Shown piece by piece: positions 19,368 through 27,149 of a stretch of 64,000 bases of DNA (position 1 is the first letter of the stretch; the number at the start of each line of letters is the position of its first letter). The position numbers and the translations under genes are program-made. The stretch lies in contig CBDBGZ010000005.1 in the NCBI GenBank assembly GCA_965205425.1, forward strand, positions 64,001-128,000, given 5' to 3'. This stretch comes from Nitrosopumilus sp. Lineage in GTDB: Archaea; Thermoproteota; Nitrososphaeria; Nitrososphaerales; Nitrosopumilaceae. Under the pieces are notes generated by a model that saw nothing but the letters and a program-made list of their open reading frames with translations, ran no database searches and was not told where the DNA came from.

Positions 19368-20300
19368 TCACAACACTCTCTTCAAAACAATTTTAGAATA
19401 TCTTTGCAGTCTAATAGGATTATTCGGAGCAAAATCACCAGTCTTTAGGGCTTTAGATACTACTCGAATCTGGTCCCCATTCTCAACTTCCAAATTATCA
19501 AAAAATGTAGCAGAACAAGGAACACTATATTCTCGACCATAACCTGAAAAATGTTTTGATTGTGTCACCCAGTCAGCATCATCAATATCACCTGAAGCTC
19601 TTTTTTGTATTTCCAACTCTTCAATAAATCGCTTATTCCCTGAAAAACCAGCACCATTAGGAGCATTAGATTGAGTGAAATTAGCTGTGACGTGCATCTC
19701 AATTTTTCCATCAAAGTTCATAACGTATTGACCTGAGGCAACAACATTATGAGTGAAATTTGGATTGGTAAAAATCGGACTACCGAAATTAACTTCTTGA
19801 AAAGCCGTGTTATTATAATCAATAACTGCATCATCTGTTTCTCTTGCGTGTTTGTGAACTGGATTGTTAAGAATTTGCAAATCAAAAGTTTCATTTAATG
19901 TTTGAATGACTGGTTTTCCATTCAACATATAGAATAATCCAATAGGTCTTAATGCATCAGTGTCCATATTAGCAGCTGGATACACAAATTTCTCTGTCAA
20001 ATTAGCGAGTCCGATAGGTTTGACAGAATGTAAAACATCAGCTAATAATCTAGCATAACTTTGATTTTCTTTTTGAATCTCAAACTTGTTAGCTGATATA
20101 GCTTTAAACTGATAATCATTAAAGAAATCAACATCTTTCATGGACCCTAGAGAATATTGATCAAAATTGTTCTTTGAAACAAAATCTAAAACATTCAACA
20201 AAACATCTTCATCAGGAACACCAGCGGGTCCAGCTGGTCCAGCAGGTCCAGCAGGTCCTCGTTGACCATCACCACTACCACCTTTAGGGACAAATGGCAC
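19368..20300 (-). CDS. putative spike/receptor-binding protein with short collagen-like repeat and C1q-like C-terminal domain
   Basis: GQRGPAGPAGPAGPAGVP; C-terminal beta pattern EVNFGSPIFTN..GQYVMNFDGKIEMHVTANF. Confidence 0.6.
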   Translation of the reverse strand: MPFVPKGGSGDGQRGPAGPAGPAGPAGVPDEDVLLNVLDFVSKNNFDQYSLGSMKDVDFFNDYQFKAISANKFEIQKENQSYARLLADVLHSVKPIGLANLTEKFVYPAANMDTDALRPIGLFYMLNGKPVIQTLNETFDLQILNNPVHKHARETDDAVIDYNNTAFQEVNFGSPIFTNPNFTHNVVASGQYVMNFDGKIEMHVTANFTQSNAPNGAGFSGNKRFIEELEIQKRASGDIDDADWVTQSKHFSGYGREYSVPCSATFFDNLEVENGDQIRVVSKALKTGDFAPNNPIRLQRYSKIVLKRVL

Positions 20301-20773
20301 TATTCACCAAACCTCACATAAGCAGATAATTCAATACTATCACCATCTTCAGTGAAAGCAAAAATCTTAACTGATTTTTGAGGATCGATTGAAAAACCAT
20401 TATCAAACTTTAAAGAAATACCTGAAGAATATTTTGCAATACCATAATTTTTAGATTTGAAAATTGGTGCATTATCAATATAGACAAAAACTTTAGCATT
20501 ATCAATAAAATCAGCATTACCAGTGATAGAAATTTCTCTAACAGTTCTAGAAACTTTGTCAGGTATTTCAATTTCAATAGTTGGATCATCTAAATCCAAA
20601 TTAGAAGAATCAGTTGAACCAATAGCAGAAACAGAAACTCCCCATTTATCAGGAACTCTACGAATGTAGCAAGCTTGGACCTCTTTAGGTCTAGACTCAT
20701 TTAGTAGTTCAATAATTCTTTCATTCTGCCTTTTCATCTCAGCAATTAGTTCATCTTGGACCATAACAAACAC
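20300..20773 (-). CDS. putative single-jelly-roll penton/vertex protein
   Basis: 157 aa, short N-terminal helix then alternating beta-strands; downstream of MCP; paralogous to N-terminus of 602-aa protein. Confidence 0.5.
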   Translation of the reverse strand: MFVMVQDELIAEMKRQNERIIELLNESRPKEVQACYIRRVPDKWGVSVSAIGSTDSSNLDLDDPTIEIEIPDKVSRTVREISITGNADFIDNAKVFVYIDNAPIFKSKNYGIAKYSSGISLKFDNGFSIDPQKSVKIFAFTEDGDSIELSAYVRFGE

Positions 20774-21706
20774 CTAAAAATTATTAATATTTCCCCCAGT
20801 AGCTCTTAATGCAATTTCTTCAGGTGATAAACCAAAGTTTGATCCTAAATTGGCACGATTAGCTCTATCAGCTCTTAGTTGTAATTCATCAGCTCTAGAG
20901 TTTGCTTGTCTTTGTCTCTCTTCTAATCTAGCGACAGCACGTTCTCTAGATTCATCAGCTCTACGTCTTGCTTCTGTAATATCAGGTCTATTAGCTCTTT
21001 CTTGTCTTTGAGTTCTTAATTCAACTTCTGTTAATTCAGATTCTCTAACAACTCCTCTAGTCCTAGAATCACTAGAAAAAGTTTGGAATTGTTGATTATT
21101 TATCTCAGATTGTGCAGGGCGTCCTACTCTTTGGTCCCTATCTTGTCTAGCAGTTTGAGGAGTTGGTTCAGGATCACTAATAATTCTCTCAGGTTCATCA
21201 GGTGTTTCAATTAGATCGGGTGCAGCACTTCCATCAACTTCATCTATTGCAATAGTATCACCAACTCTCAAACCCTCATCATCACCAAAGGCTTCGGGAA
21301 TTGTAAAAGCATTAGTAAAGAACTCACCGACATCATCTAAAAAGGTCCTATTAGGTAAAGAATCTCTAACTTGTTCACCATTAACAAAAACAGCACCAGT
21401 CTCATCTTGTCTTATAGAAGTAGCACCTTGAAGCTCCTCAGAAGTTAAAGCATTTCTTTGATTTGGTGACGGATCAAAATCGATAGGTGTGTCACTTCTA
21501 ATAGATGAACCAGGGTCCCCAGTTCGAGAACCATCAATATCTAAAGGATCAGTAAACTGATCAAAGAAATTAGTGATACCTCGTCCAGCACCACCAAAGA
21601 AATCAGTGATACCTTCAGCTGAACTACCAAAGGCAGTCGAAATTTGCCTGTTAAAAATTACAAATAATGCTACCGCTAAACCAGCTACTAGAAAGAAACT
21701 TACCAT
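20774..21706 (-). CDS. membrane-anchored virion protein with low-complexity and coiled-coil regions (possible DNA delivery or tape-measure role)
   Basis: N-terminal TM, repeated GIT.FF motif, Arg/Glu-rich coiled coil. Confidence 0.55.
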   Translation of the reverse strand: MVSFFLVAGLAVALFVIFNRQISTAFGSSAEGITDFFGGAGRGITNFFDQFTDPLDIDGSRTGDPGSSIRSDTPIDFDPSPNQRNALTSEELQGATSIRQDETGAVFVNGEQVRDSLPNRTFLDDVGEFFTNAFTIPEAFGDDEGLRVGDTIAIDEVDGSAAPDLIETPDEPERIISDPEPTPQTARQDRDQRVGRPAQSEINNQQFQTFSSDSRTRGVVRESELTEVELRTQRQERANRPDITEARRRADESRERAVARLEERQRQANSRADELQLRADRANRANLGSNFGLSPEEIALRATGGNINNF

Positions 21707-21775
21707 TGCATATCACCTTTTTTTATTTTCATATTTTTTTCCTTTTGTTAGCCTGATAGAAAAAAGAGAGGGTGT

Positions 21776-22771
21776 TTACACATACATCGTGTAAATTTCT
21801 ATATTGTCTTGAGCTGCATTAACACCGTTGGTCAATAATCTTAAGAGATCATAAGACTTTGATCTAGTGACAAGTCCTAAAGACCCTAGCTTTTCGACCC
21901 AATTAATATAGACAACTCCAGTCAATTTACTATCTAAAGCATAACCAGTGACATTTTTTTCGTTAAGAGCGTTCCAAGAACGTTCAACAAAGTCACGTTT
22001 AGGGAATCCAGCAGTAGGTCTAACACGGGCGTATTTTACATCCGTGACTCTACTATCAGAAAGAACACCATTATCTTTGACAACTAACATCTGCTCGAGT
22101 AATGCAGCTGAAGCTACAAGATCGATATTCTGTGCAAGTTTATCAAATTGGGTCCTTCCAGTTTCCAAATTGTGAACTTCGGTGACCTGAATAACATCGG
22201 TCATCTTAACGCCATCTCTGTCATCGTTAATGTCCAAACCATTTACATCACCAAAGTATTCTCGAATTTCTAATTCGATTTTGGCACTGTTAATAGTTGG
22301 TGCATTAGCAGAAGCAATATCACCCTTATTACCTGTTTGAACAACAAGCTCTAAGTTTGAGAGATTTTTTGTTTGCAACAGTGCAGAAATATCAGAATCG
22401 TTTAAGATATTTCTTGCAAAGTCAATCGTAAAATCTGCGATTGCTTCATAGTTATCTTCATTAGCTGTGGTGACTGGGTCCTTTTTGTATGGAGCTTTAC
22501 CCTTTTTGATAGTTTCTAAGACGTGCATAAAATGAAGAGGCAGTCTGAATTTGTATAAACGACCATTTCGTCTTATGCCGATAGCTTTGACATAATTTAA
22601 TATGTCATTTTCTTTCAAAGTTGGGACATTTGCTCCGTTGGATAGATCGAAAATAACTCGTCCATGAATCCATCGATAAGCTGCATCTTGAGGCAACTCA
22701 AGAATGTTCTCAGCGGTGTCATCTGAAAGAGTTAAAGTCTTAATCGGTCTTTCGTTTGCTTCAATCGGCAT
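21776..22771 (-). CDS. double-jelly-roll major capsid protein, STIV B345-like
   Basis: 331 aa; LELPQDAAYRWIHGRVIFDLSNG and ERSWNALNEKNVTGY resemble recalled STIV segments IKIPRNNFIRKIRVQLIGSISNSG and KVSWAALQAENQAEY; strong GGAG SD, T-rich tract downstream, close to packaging ATPase. Confidence 0.8.
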   Translation of the reverse strand: MPIEANERPIKTLTLSDDTAENILELPQDAAYRWIHGRVIFDLSNGANVPTLKENDILNYVKAIGIRRNGRLYKFRLPLHFMHVLETIKKGKAPYKKDPVTTANEDNYEAIADFTIDFARNILNDSDISALLQTKNLSNLELVVQTGNKGDIASANAPTINSAKIELEIREYFGDVNGLDINDDRDGVKMTDVIQVTEVHNLETGRTQFDKLAQNIDLVASAALLEQMLVVKDNGVLSDSRVTDVKYARVRPTAGFPKRDFVERSWNALNEKNVTGYALDSKLTGVVYINWVEKLGSLGLVTRSKSYDLLRLLTNGVNAAQDNIEIYTMYV

Positions 22772-22783
22772 CTACAACAACTC

Positions 22784-22906
22784 CTAACTTCTTCTTCCTA
22801 CACCTTTACGAGAAAGGTATGGAATAACAAATAGAGAAGCCACTGCAACACCGACTACAACGAGTCCAACTGTGACAATAGCACCTTTACCTAATCCAAG
22901 AGGCAT
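22784..22906 (-). CDS. 40-aa single-TM virion membrane protein (not in ORF track)
   Basis: own translation MPLGLGKGAIVTVGLVVVGVAVASLFVIPYLSRKGVGRRS; directly upstream of MCP; TTAAA box ~24 nt before ATG. Confidence 0.75.
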   Translation of the reverse strand: MPLGLGKGAIVTVGLVVVGVAVASLFVIPYLSRKGVGRRS

Positions 22907-22944
22907 AGAAAGAGATTATCGTCTAGCTTTAAGGGACTAGCTGA

Positions 22945-23133
22945 CTAGAAATTACGCATACGATATTTATAGCTAGAATTTTCTAGCTCTTTGATCTGTG
23001 TATCTGAGAAATAATCTGAAATTGTGACTTTGTTTGATTCATTACACCCAGTCTTTTTGATGTGCTGATTTACGTCCTTGATAGTTTTGAATTGCTTTTT
23101 ACAATCAGGGCAACGATAAAATTTATTTTGCAA
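22945..23133 (-). CDS. C2H2/C2HC zinc-finger protein
   Basis: YRCPDCKKQFKTIKDVNQHIKKTGC. Confidence 0.75.
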   Translation of the reverse strand: MQNKFYRCPDCKKQFKTIKDVNQHIKKTGCNESNKVTISDYFSDTQIKELENSSYKYRMRNF

Positions 23134-23779
23134 ATTTTTTCACCTTGAATTTCATAGCTGGTGATCCTGCCAATTTGTAAAGTCCCTCATATTTCTCAAA
23201 CTCACCTTTGGCAAATCCGTAAATTTCTTTGCCCACATATCGCTTCATGTATTCTACATTATTTGGCGTGTCCATATAGAGACAAAATTTGTGAATCGCA
23301 TTTGATAAGACATACTTTGGAATTTCACTCGTTGATTGAAAAATTGCAATATAGCTGGAATTGTGATTATGACAGGTCCTAACGTAAGTATCAAATCCAT
23401 CAACTGGTTTATTGTAATGTTCGATCCATTCTTGCAGTTCATCAACTACAAGGACAAAATTTCCATTTTTGGCAAAACCATAAGCTGCATAACAAACATC
23501 ATTAAAAAATTGGTGTCTTGCAGCTTTTGTTTTTAGATCGTGAGGTTGAAGAATCTGTAAACCTTGACCCTTTGCATCATAGATAGAATGAATGACACAG
23601 TTTGGATCAAGCTTGCTGAATCTCCAATTAAGGTCCAGCACTAGCACGTTATAACCTGAGAATTGATTAATGTGAGTTAGAGTTATGGCGTGTTCTGTTT
23701 TACCTGATTGAGTCTCACCAACTATAACGACACTTTGCTTTTTAGGATTATAATTAAAATCTGTAAGAGGCTTAGTCAT
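23123..23779 (-). CDS. genome packaging ATPase, A32/FtsK-HerA superfamily
   Basis: 218 aa; Walker A GETQSGKT, Walker B LVVDE, downstream HNH..YIAIFQ motif; near MCP. Confidence 0.8.
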   Translation of the reverse strand: MTKPLTDFNYNPKKQSVVIVGETQSGKTEHAITLTHINQFSGYNVLVLDLNWRFSKLDPNCVIHSIYDAKGQGLQILQPHDLKTKAARHQFFNDVCYAAYGFAKNGNFVLVVDELQEWIEHYNKPVDGFDTYVRTCHNHNSSYIAIFQSTSEIPKYVLSNAIHKFCLYMDTPNNVEYMKRYVGKEIYGFAKGEFEKYEGLYKLAGSPAMKFKVKKFAK

Positions 23780-23780
23780 T

Positions 23781-23939
23781 TTACCTCGATCTCAATTTTG
23801 ATTTTACAATATTATTAGCTGTATTCAAAGTTGTTAATGCAGAATAACCAACACTAAGAAAAAAAAATTCTAAAGGATTTTCAATTTTGTCATCGATTTT
23901 TTTTTCCAAAATGTCTTTAGAATAATCATAAAAATTCAT
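23781..23939 (-). CDS. 52-aa viral hypothetical protein (not in ORF track)
   Basis: own translation MNFYDYSKDILEKKIDDKIENPLEFFFLSVGYSALTTLNTANNIVKSKLRSR; GGTGA SD; fills the operon gap. Confidence 0.6.
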   Translation of the reverse strand: MNFYDYSKDILEKKIDDKIENPLEFFFLSVGYSALTTLNTANNIVKSKLRSR

Positions 23940-23947
23940 AATATCAC

Positions 23948-24184
23948 CTAGAACTTCATAGAGTGAACTCTCTCACCAATTTCAATAAATTTTTCTGCAT
24001 CCTCTTTTGACTTGAATCCAGTTTTTTCAACAACGATAAAGATTTTCTCACCCTTGATCTCTTTTTCAACGATCTCAGGTTTTCCAACTGTTTGAAAGGT
24101 CCCACTGTGTTTATCCAAAGTCTCTAGAATTGGTTTAATGTGTCCGAAAAGGCTAAAGAATAATTTGATAGGTGGTTTCATCAT
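23948..24184 (-). CDS. viral hypothetical protein
   Basis: 78-aa ORF, ATGA-coupled. Confidence 0.6.
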   Translation of the reverse strand: MMKPPIKLFFSLFGHIKPILETLDKHSGTFQTVGKPEIVEKEIKGEKIFIVVEKTGFKSKEDAEKFIEIGERVHSMKF

Positions 24185-24981
24185 ACCTTAACATCTACCT
24201 CTAAGTCATCATCATATTTTGGTTCAGGTTTTTTCTCACCGAATCCAATTCGTTTGATTATTGGCATACCCATAACCATAACAACAGATAGAGCAAACAT
24301 TCCCATATCTAGATACTTTGGTAATCTCATACCATAAGTTATCATTAATTGATTAAGTTCGACTGCAAGCTCATTCATATCATTTCTAAATTCTTTAATT
24401 GGTTTTGGTTTTTCTAGTTCCTTTTGTTCTTCTTCATCATCAGTCTCAACTAGACCTAGTGAGATGTAAATATCACCAGCAAATCCAAATATTTTTTTGA
24501 AAAACTTTTCTTGCATTTCCATTTGTTGAGGTGTTAATACTGGTTGTTGTGGTTGAGTTGGATCAGCTTGTGGTTCAGCAGCTGGTAAAGTTCCGTAAGG
24601 ACTTTGAGGTTGAGGTGTAGGAAACGCACTACTTGAGGGAGCTGGTGCAGCTTGTGGTTCAGGTTGAGGTTCAGGTGTTGGTTGAGCTGGTGCAGCTTGT
24701 GGTTCAGGTCCATCAACATTAACAGTCATTCCGTCAATACTTTCTACTTTGAATCCTTTATCAGCTAAAGATAGACCTCTGTCTTTTAGTTCATCACCTA
24801 TGAACTTCTTGACATCACTACGCCAATTTTTTTTAATTTGTAATTCATCAATTACAGATTTTCTTAATTCATCAACTGCATTTTTATCTTTGATCTCAAT
24901 ACCTGAATCTAATTTTTCTTTGATCCTGTCTCTAATCTGTTGAGAGATTGAGATTTTTTTTGTTTCAGTTTTAGCACTCAT
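24181..24981 (-). CDS. viral protein with Pro/Gln-rich linker and C-terminal TM helix
   Basis: PEPQAAPA repeats; MGMFALSVVMVMGMPII TM. Confidence 0.65.
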   Translation of the reverse strand: MSAKTETKKISISQQIRDRIKEKLDSGIEIKDKNAVDELRKSVIDELQIKKNWRSDVKKFIGDELKDRGLSLADKGFKVESIDGMTVNVDGPEPQAAPAQPTPEPQPEPQAAPAPSSSAFPTPQPQSPYGTLPAAEPQADPTQPQQPVLTPQQMEMQEKFFKKIFGFAGDIYISLGLVETDDEEEQKELEKPKPIKEFRNDMNELAVELNQLMITYGMRLPKYLDMGMFALSVVMVMGMPIIKRIGFGEKKPEPKYDDDLEVDVKV

Positions 24982-25277
24982 GCTCCCATTCTCCTCTTAA
25001 TTTCTTCCAAGTCATCACCCTCTAGTTTTTCTTGAGTTGTTTCAGTTTTAGTTTCTGTTTTGGTCTCTATTTGATCCTCAACAGGTGGGGTATTTGGTTC
25101 AGATTTGGGTAATTGTTTAGATTTATTTTTAGAAATTTTGCTGAAAACATAAGCCAGAGCTCCTAGGACCACAACGATTAAGAAAAATGCACCCAAGGGT
25201 GGAGTTCCGCCAGAATCTTGCGAGGATTCAGTTCGTTTTGATTCTGTTTTATTTTCCTTATGAGAAAATGCGGACAC
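24978..25277 (-). CDS. single-TM viral membrane protein
   Basis: LGAFFLIVVVLGALAYVF; first gene after promoter-like motif. Confidence 0.65.
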   Translation of the reverse strand: MSAFSHKENKTESKRTESSQDSGGTPPLGAFFLIVVVLGALAYVFSKISKNKSKQLPKSEPNTPPVEDQIETKTETKTETTQEKLEGDDLEEIKRRMGA

Positions 25278-25298
25278 AGTAAATTAAATGAGATTTGC

Positions 25299-25313
25299 CT
25301 ATATTAGCTCAAA
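25299..25313 (-). promoter_or_regulatory. putative viral promoter TTTGAGCTAATATAG (copy 2)
   Basis: identical to 17150-17164; ends 22 nt upstream of start at 25277. Confidence 0.55.
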
Positions 25314-25411
25314 ATGTGACAGCGGGGTCCAACAAAATGAGTTAATTGCAAAAACCCACACTGCCACAAGCAACGTTTATCAAACTATCAATTTAAGAGT
25401 AATTGAGTTAA

Positions 25412-25582
25412 TTGCAATCGAAAAAAATAGCAATTCATCTGACTTGTATCAAGTGCGATACTGTATTCTCACTTGATTCAGGTCAAATAGACAAGCTGCC
25501 AAAAGAGATCGTTTGTGGATTTTGTGAACACAGAAACAAATATGAAATTTCTGATATTAACAAGGTCCCTCAAACTTTCTAA
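25412..25582 (+). CDS. 56-aa Zn-ribbon protein, only credible plus-strand gene of the provirus (not in ORF track)
   Basis: own translation MQSKKIAIHLTCIKCDTVFSLDSGQIDKLPKEIVCGFCEHRNKYEISDINKVPQTF (TTG start). Confidence 0.65.
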   Translation: MQSKKIAIHLTCIKCDTVFSLDSGQIDKLPKEIVCGFCEHRNKYEISDINKVPQTF

Positions 25583-25602
25583 TTTTTTTTAAAAAAAATT
25601 AG
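25579..25602. terminator. bidirectional poly-T terminator candidate
   Basis: perfect palindrome CTAA-T8-A8-TTAG between convergent genes. Confidence 0.6.
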
Positions 25603-25725
25603 TTGATACTCACAACTGTCCAAGTGGACTTTTGAGAGTAATCTGATCCAACATTATTCACACGATCTAAAACATCAGTTTCAGAATCAAAAAAAGAAAA
25701 GAAGAAATTGATTTTTTTTACAAAA

Positions 25726-25944
25726 TCAATATAACAAACTGTCAATTTGAGATTTAGCTTGTTTCAAAGTAGATAAAATTGATTTTAATTCACCAACAGT
25801 AGCTTCTTTATTGATAGTTTCGTGTGCTTCTAATTTTTCAATTAAATCTTCAAGATGTCCAATAGCTCTAGTCACATTATCACCCCCTCTTAATCCATTA
25901 AGTAAAATTCCTTTTTCCAATTTCTCATACAGGTCCAACAACAA
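25726..25944 (-). CDS. viral hypothetical helical protein
   Basis: 72-aa ORF in the co-oriented early cluster. Confidence 0.5.
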   Translation of the reverse strand: MLLDLYEKLEKGILLNGLRGGDNVTRAIGHLEDLIEKLEAHETINKEATVGELKSILSTLKQAKSQIDSLLY

Positions 25945-26087
25945 GTCATTAAGATCAATTTTTTCAAAATCATTTTCAAATTAGATTCAGGTGCAGAAAA
26001 GCCAAAAGACTCTAAGGAATTTTTGGAAATAGGATCAGGTTTTGTAAATGTTCCAGTGTAGAATTTTTTGAATTTCTTTTTGCTCAA
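25890..26087 (-). CDS. viral hypothetical protein
   Basis: 65-aa ORF, TTGA-coupled to upstream gene; overlaps next ORF by 55 nt. Confidence 0.4.
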   Translation of the reverse strand: MSKKKFKKFYTGTFTKPDPISKNSLESFGFSAPESNLKMILKKLILMTCCWTCMRNWKKEFYLMD

Positions 26088-26224
26088 ACAGTCACCTTGA
26101 TTTTTCTATAACGTGGTTTGGTCCTCAGTTGTTGTTTACATAAAGGACAGTATCGATATTTTTTAGGGTAAATTTCTTTACAACTAGAGCAGAAATTGAA
26201 TTTAGAATAATCTTGCCAAGTCAA
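26084..26224 (-). CDS. small Zn-ribbon protein
   Basis: FCSSC..YCPLCKQQLRTKPR; likely TTG start at 26224 overlapping upstream stop. Confidence 0.65.
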   Translation of the reverse strand: MTWQDYSKFNFCSSCKEIYPKKYRYCPLCKQQLRTKPRYRKIKVTV

Positions 26225-26355
26225 TTCTTCAAGGACCTCGCATATTCTTCTTCTTCTTTCCATTCTTTGATACAGGGAATTGAGCATAACTCAACGCTAA
26301 GCTTTGTTTTAGCAGTCTTTCCGCAATTTTTACAAATGATTTTTTTGTATTTCAG
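26221..26355 (-). CDS. 44-aa TRASH/MYM-like Zn-finger protein (CTG start; not in ORF track)
   Basis: own translation MKYKKIICKNCGKTAKTKLSVELCSIPCIKEWKEEEEYARSLKN; GAGGTTGA upstream; overlaps both neighbours by 4 nt. Confidence 0.55.
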   Translation of the reverse strand: MKYKKIICKNCGKTAKTKLSVELCSIPCIKEWKEEEEYARSLKN

Positions 26356-26699
26356 TTTGCTTCAACCTCGATATTAGGAATTTTTGAAACGAAATCAACT
26401 TGAGTCTCCAAGTAGTCCAGGGTCTTTTCAAAACCATCGAGCTCTTTTTCAAGATCAGTAATGTAATTGAAAATATTGATCTTCTTTTTGGTTCTAATCA
26501 AACAGTCTCGACAAATTCTATCAGGTCTAGGAATGTCATCTAGAGAAAATTTATCAACCCATTCAAATTTCGTTAAAGAAATTTTATGAACGTGACAAGC
26601 TGAAGATAATTTATCAGAATCACCACCGACAGTATGCCCTCTAGTGTGGTAGTGATAGACACCAGTAAAAACACTGGTGATCCATACACCGCTAACCAA
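26352..26699 (-). CDS. viral protein with putative Zn-binding site and C-terminal coiled coil
   Basis: YHYH..SAC..ICRDC pattern. Confidence 0.55.
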   Translation of the reverse strand: MVSGVWITSVFTGVYHYHTRGHTVGGDSDKLSSACHVHKISLTKFEWVDKFSLDDIPRPDRICRDCLIRTKKKINIFNYITDLEKELDGFEKTLDYLETQVDFVSKIPNIEVEAN

Positions 26700-26723
26700 A
26701 GTAAACCACCTGCAAGATTATCA

Positions 26724-27149
26724 TTATCCACGGACCCCACAATTACAATCAACTTTTTTACAAACTCGAGGTTCAGTTCCAGCGTGTTCGTGGTGACAAA
26801 AAGAACAAAAGGAATAACCATTTAGTCCGCCATCGTGTTTTAGATCAGAATTGTCCTCAAGAGTTGGTTCTTTCATCTCTTGTTTTTCTAAAAGAATAGC
26901 CTTAGCTTCTTCCATAATCAAACCATTAGACTTGAGCTCTTTCCAATTTTGCAGTTGAAGTTTGAGTAATTGTTGACGTTTGATTTTGTCATCAATAGAA
27001 ATTTCATCAACAGATTCTTCTCTAAGTAAGAAATTTTTAATTTTTTTAATTCGTGACGTTCTATCAATAGTGTTAAATTTTTTATCCAAAAAATTTCTTT
27101 CATCGGAATTAAAATAAAAATAATGATTCTCAGGTTTTTTATCAACCAT
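26724..27149 (-). CDS. putative DNA-binding protein with C-terminal Cys/His cluster
   Basis: CSFCHHEH..CKKVDCNC; coupled to recombinase stop. Confidence 0.55.
   Translation of the reverse strand: MVDKKPENHYFYFNSDERNFLDKKFNTIDRTSRIKKIKNFLLREESVDEISIDDKIKRQQLLKLQLQNWKELKSNGLIMEEAKAILLEKQEMKEPTLEDNSDLKHDGGLNGYSFCSFCHHEHAGTEPRVCKKVDCNCGVRG

Noticed and set aside
25288..25476. 62-aa plus-strand ORF
   Set aside because: overlaps the promoter motif; the overlapping frame 25412-25582 with two CxxC pairs is more credible
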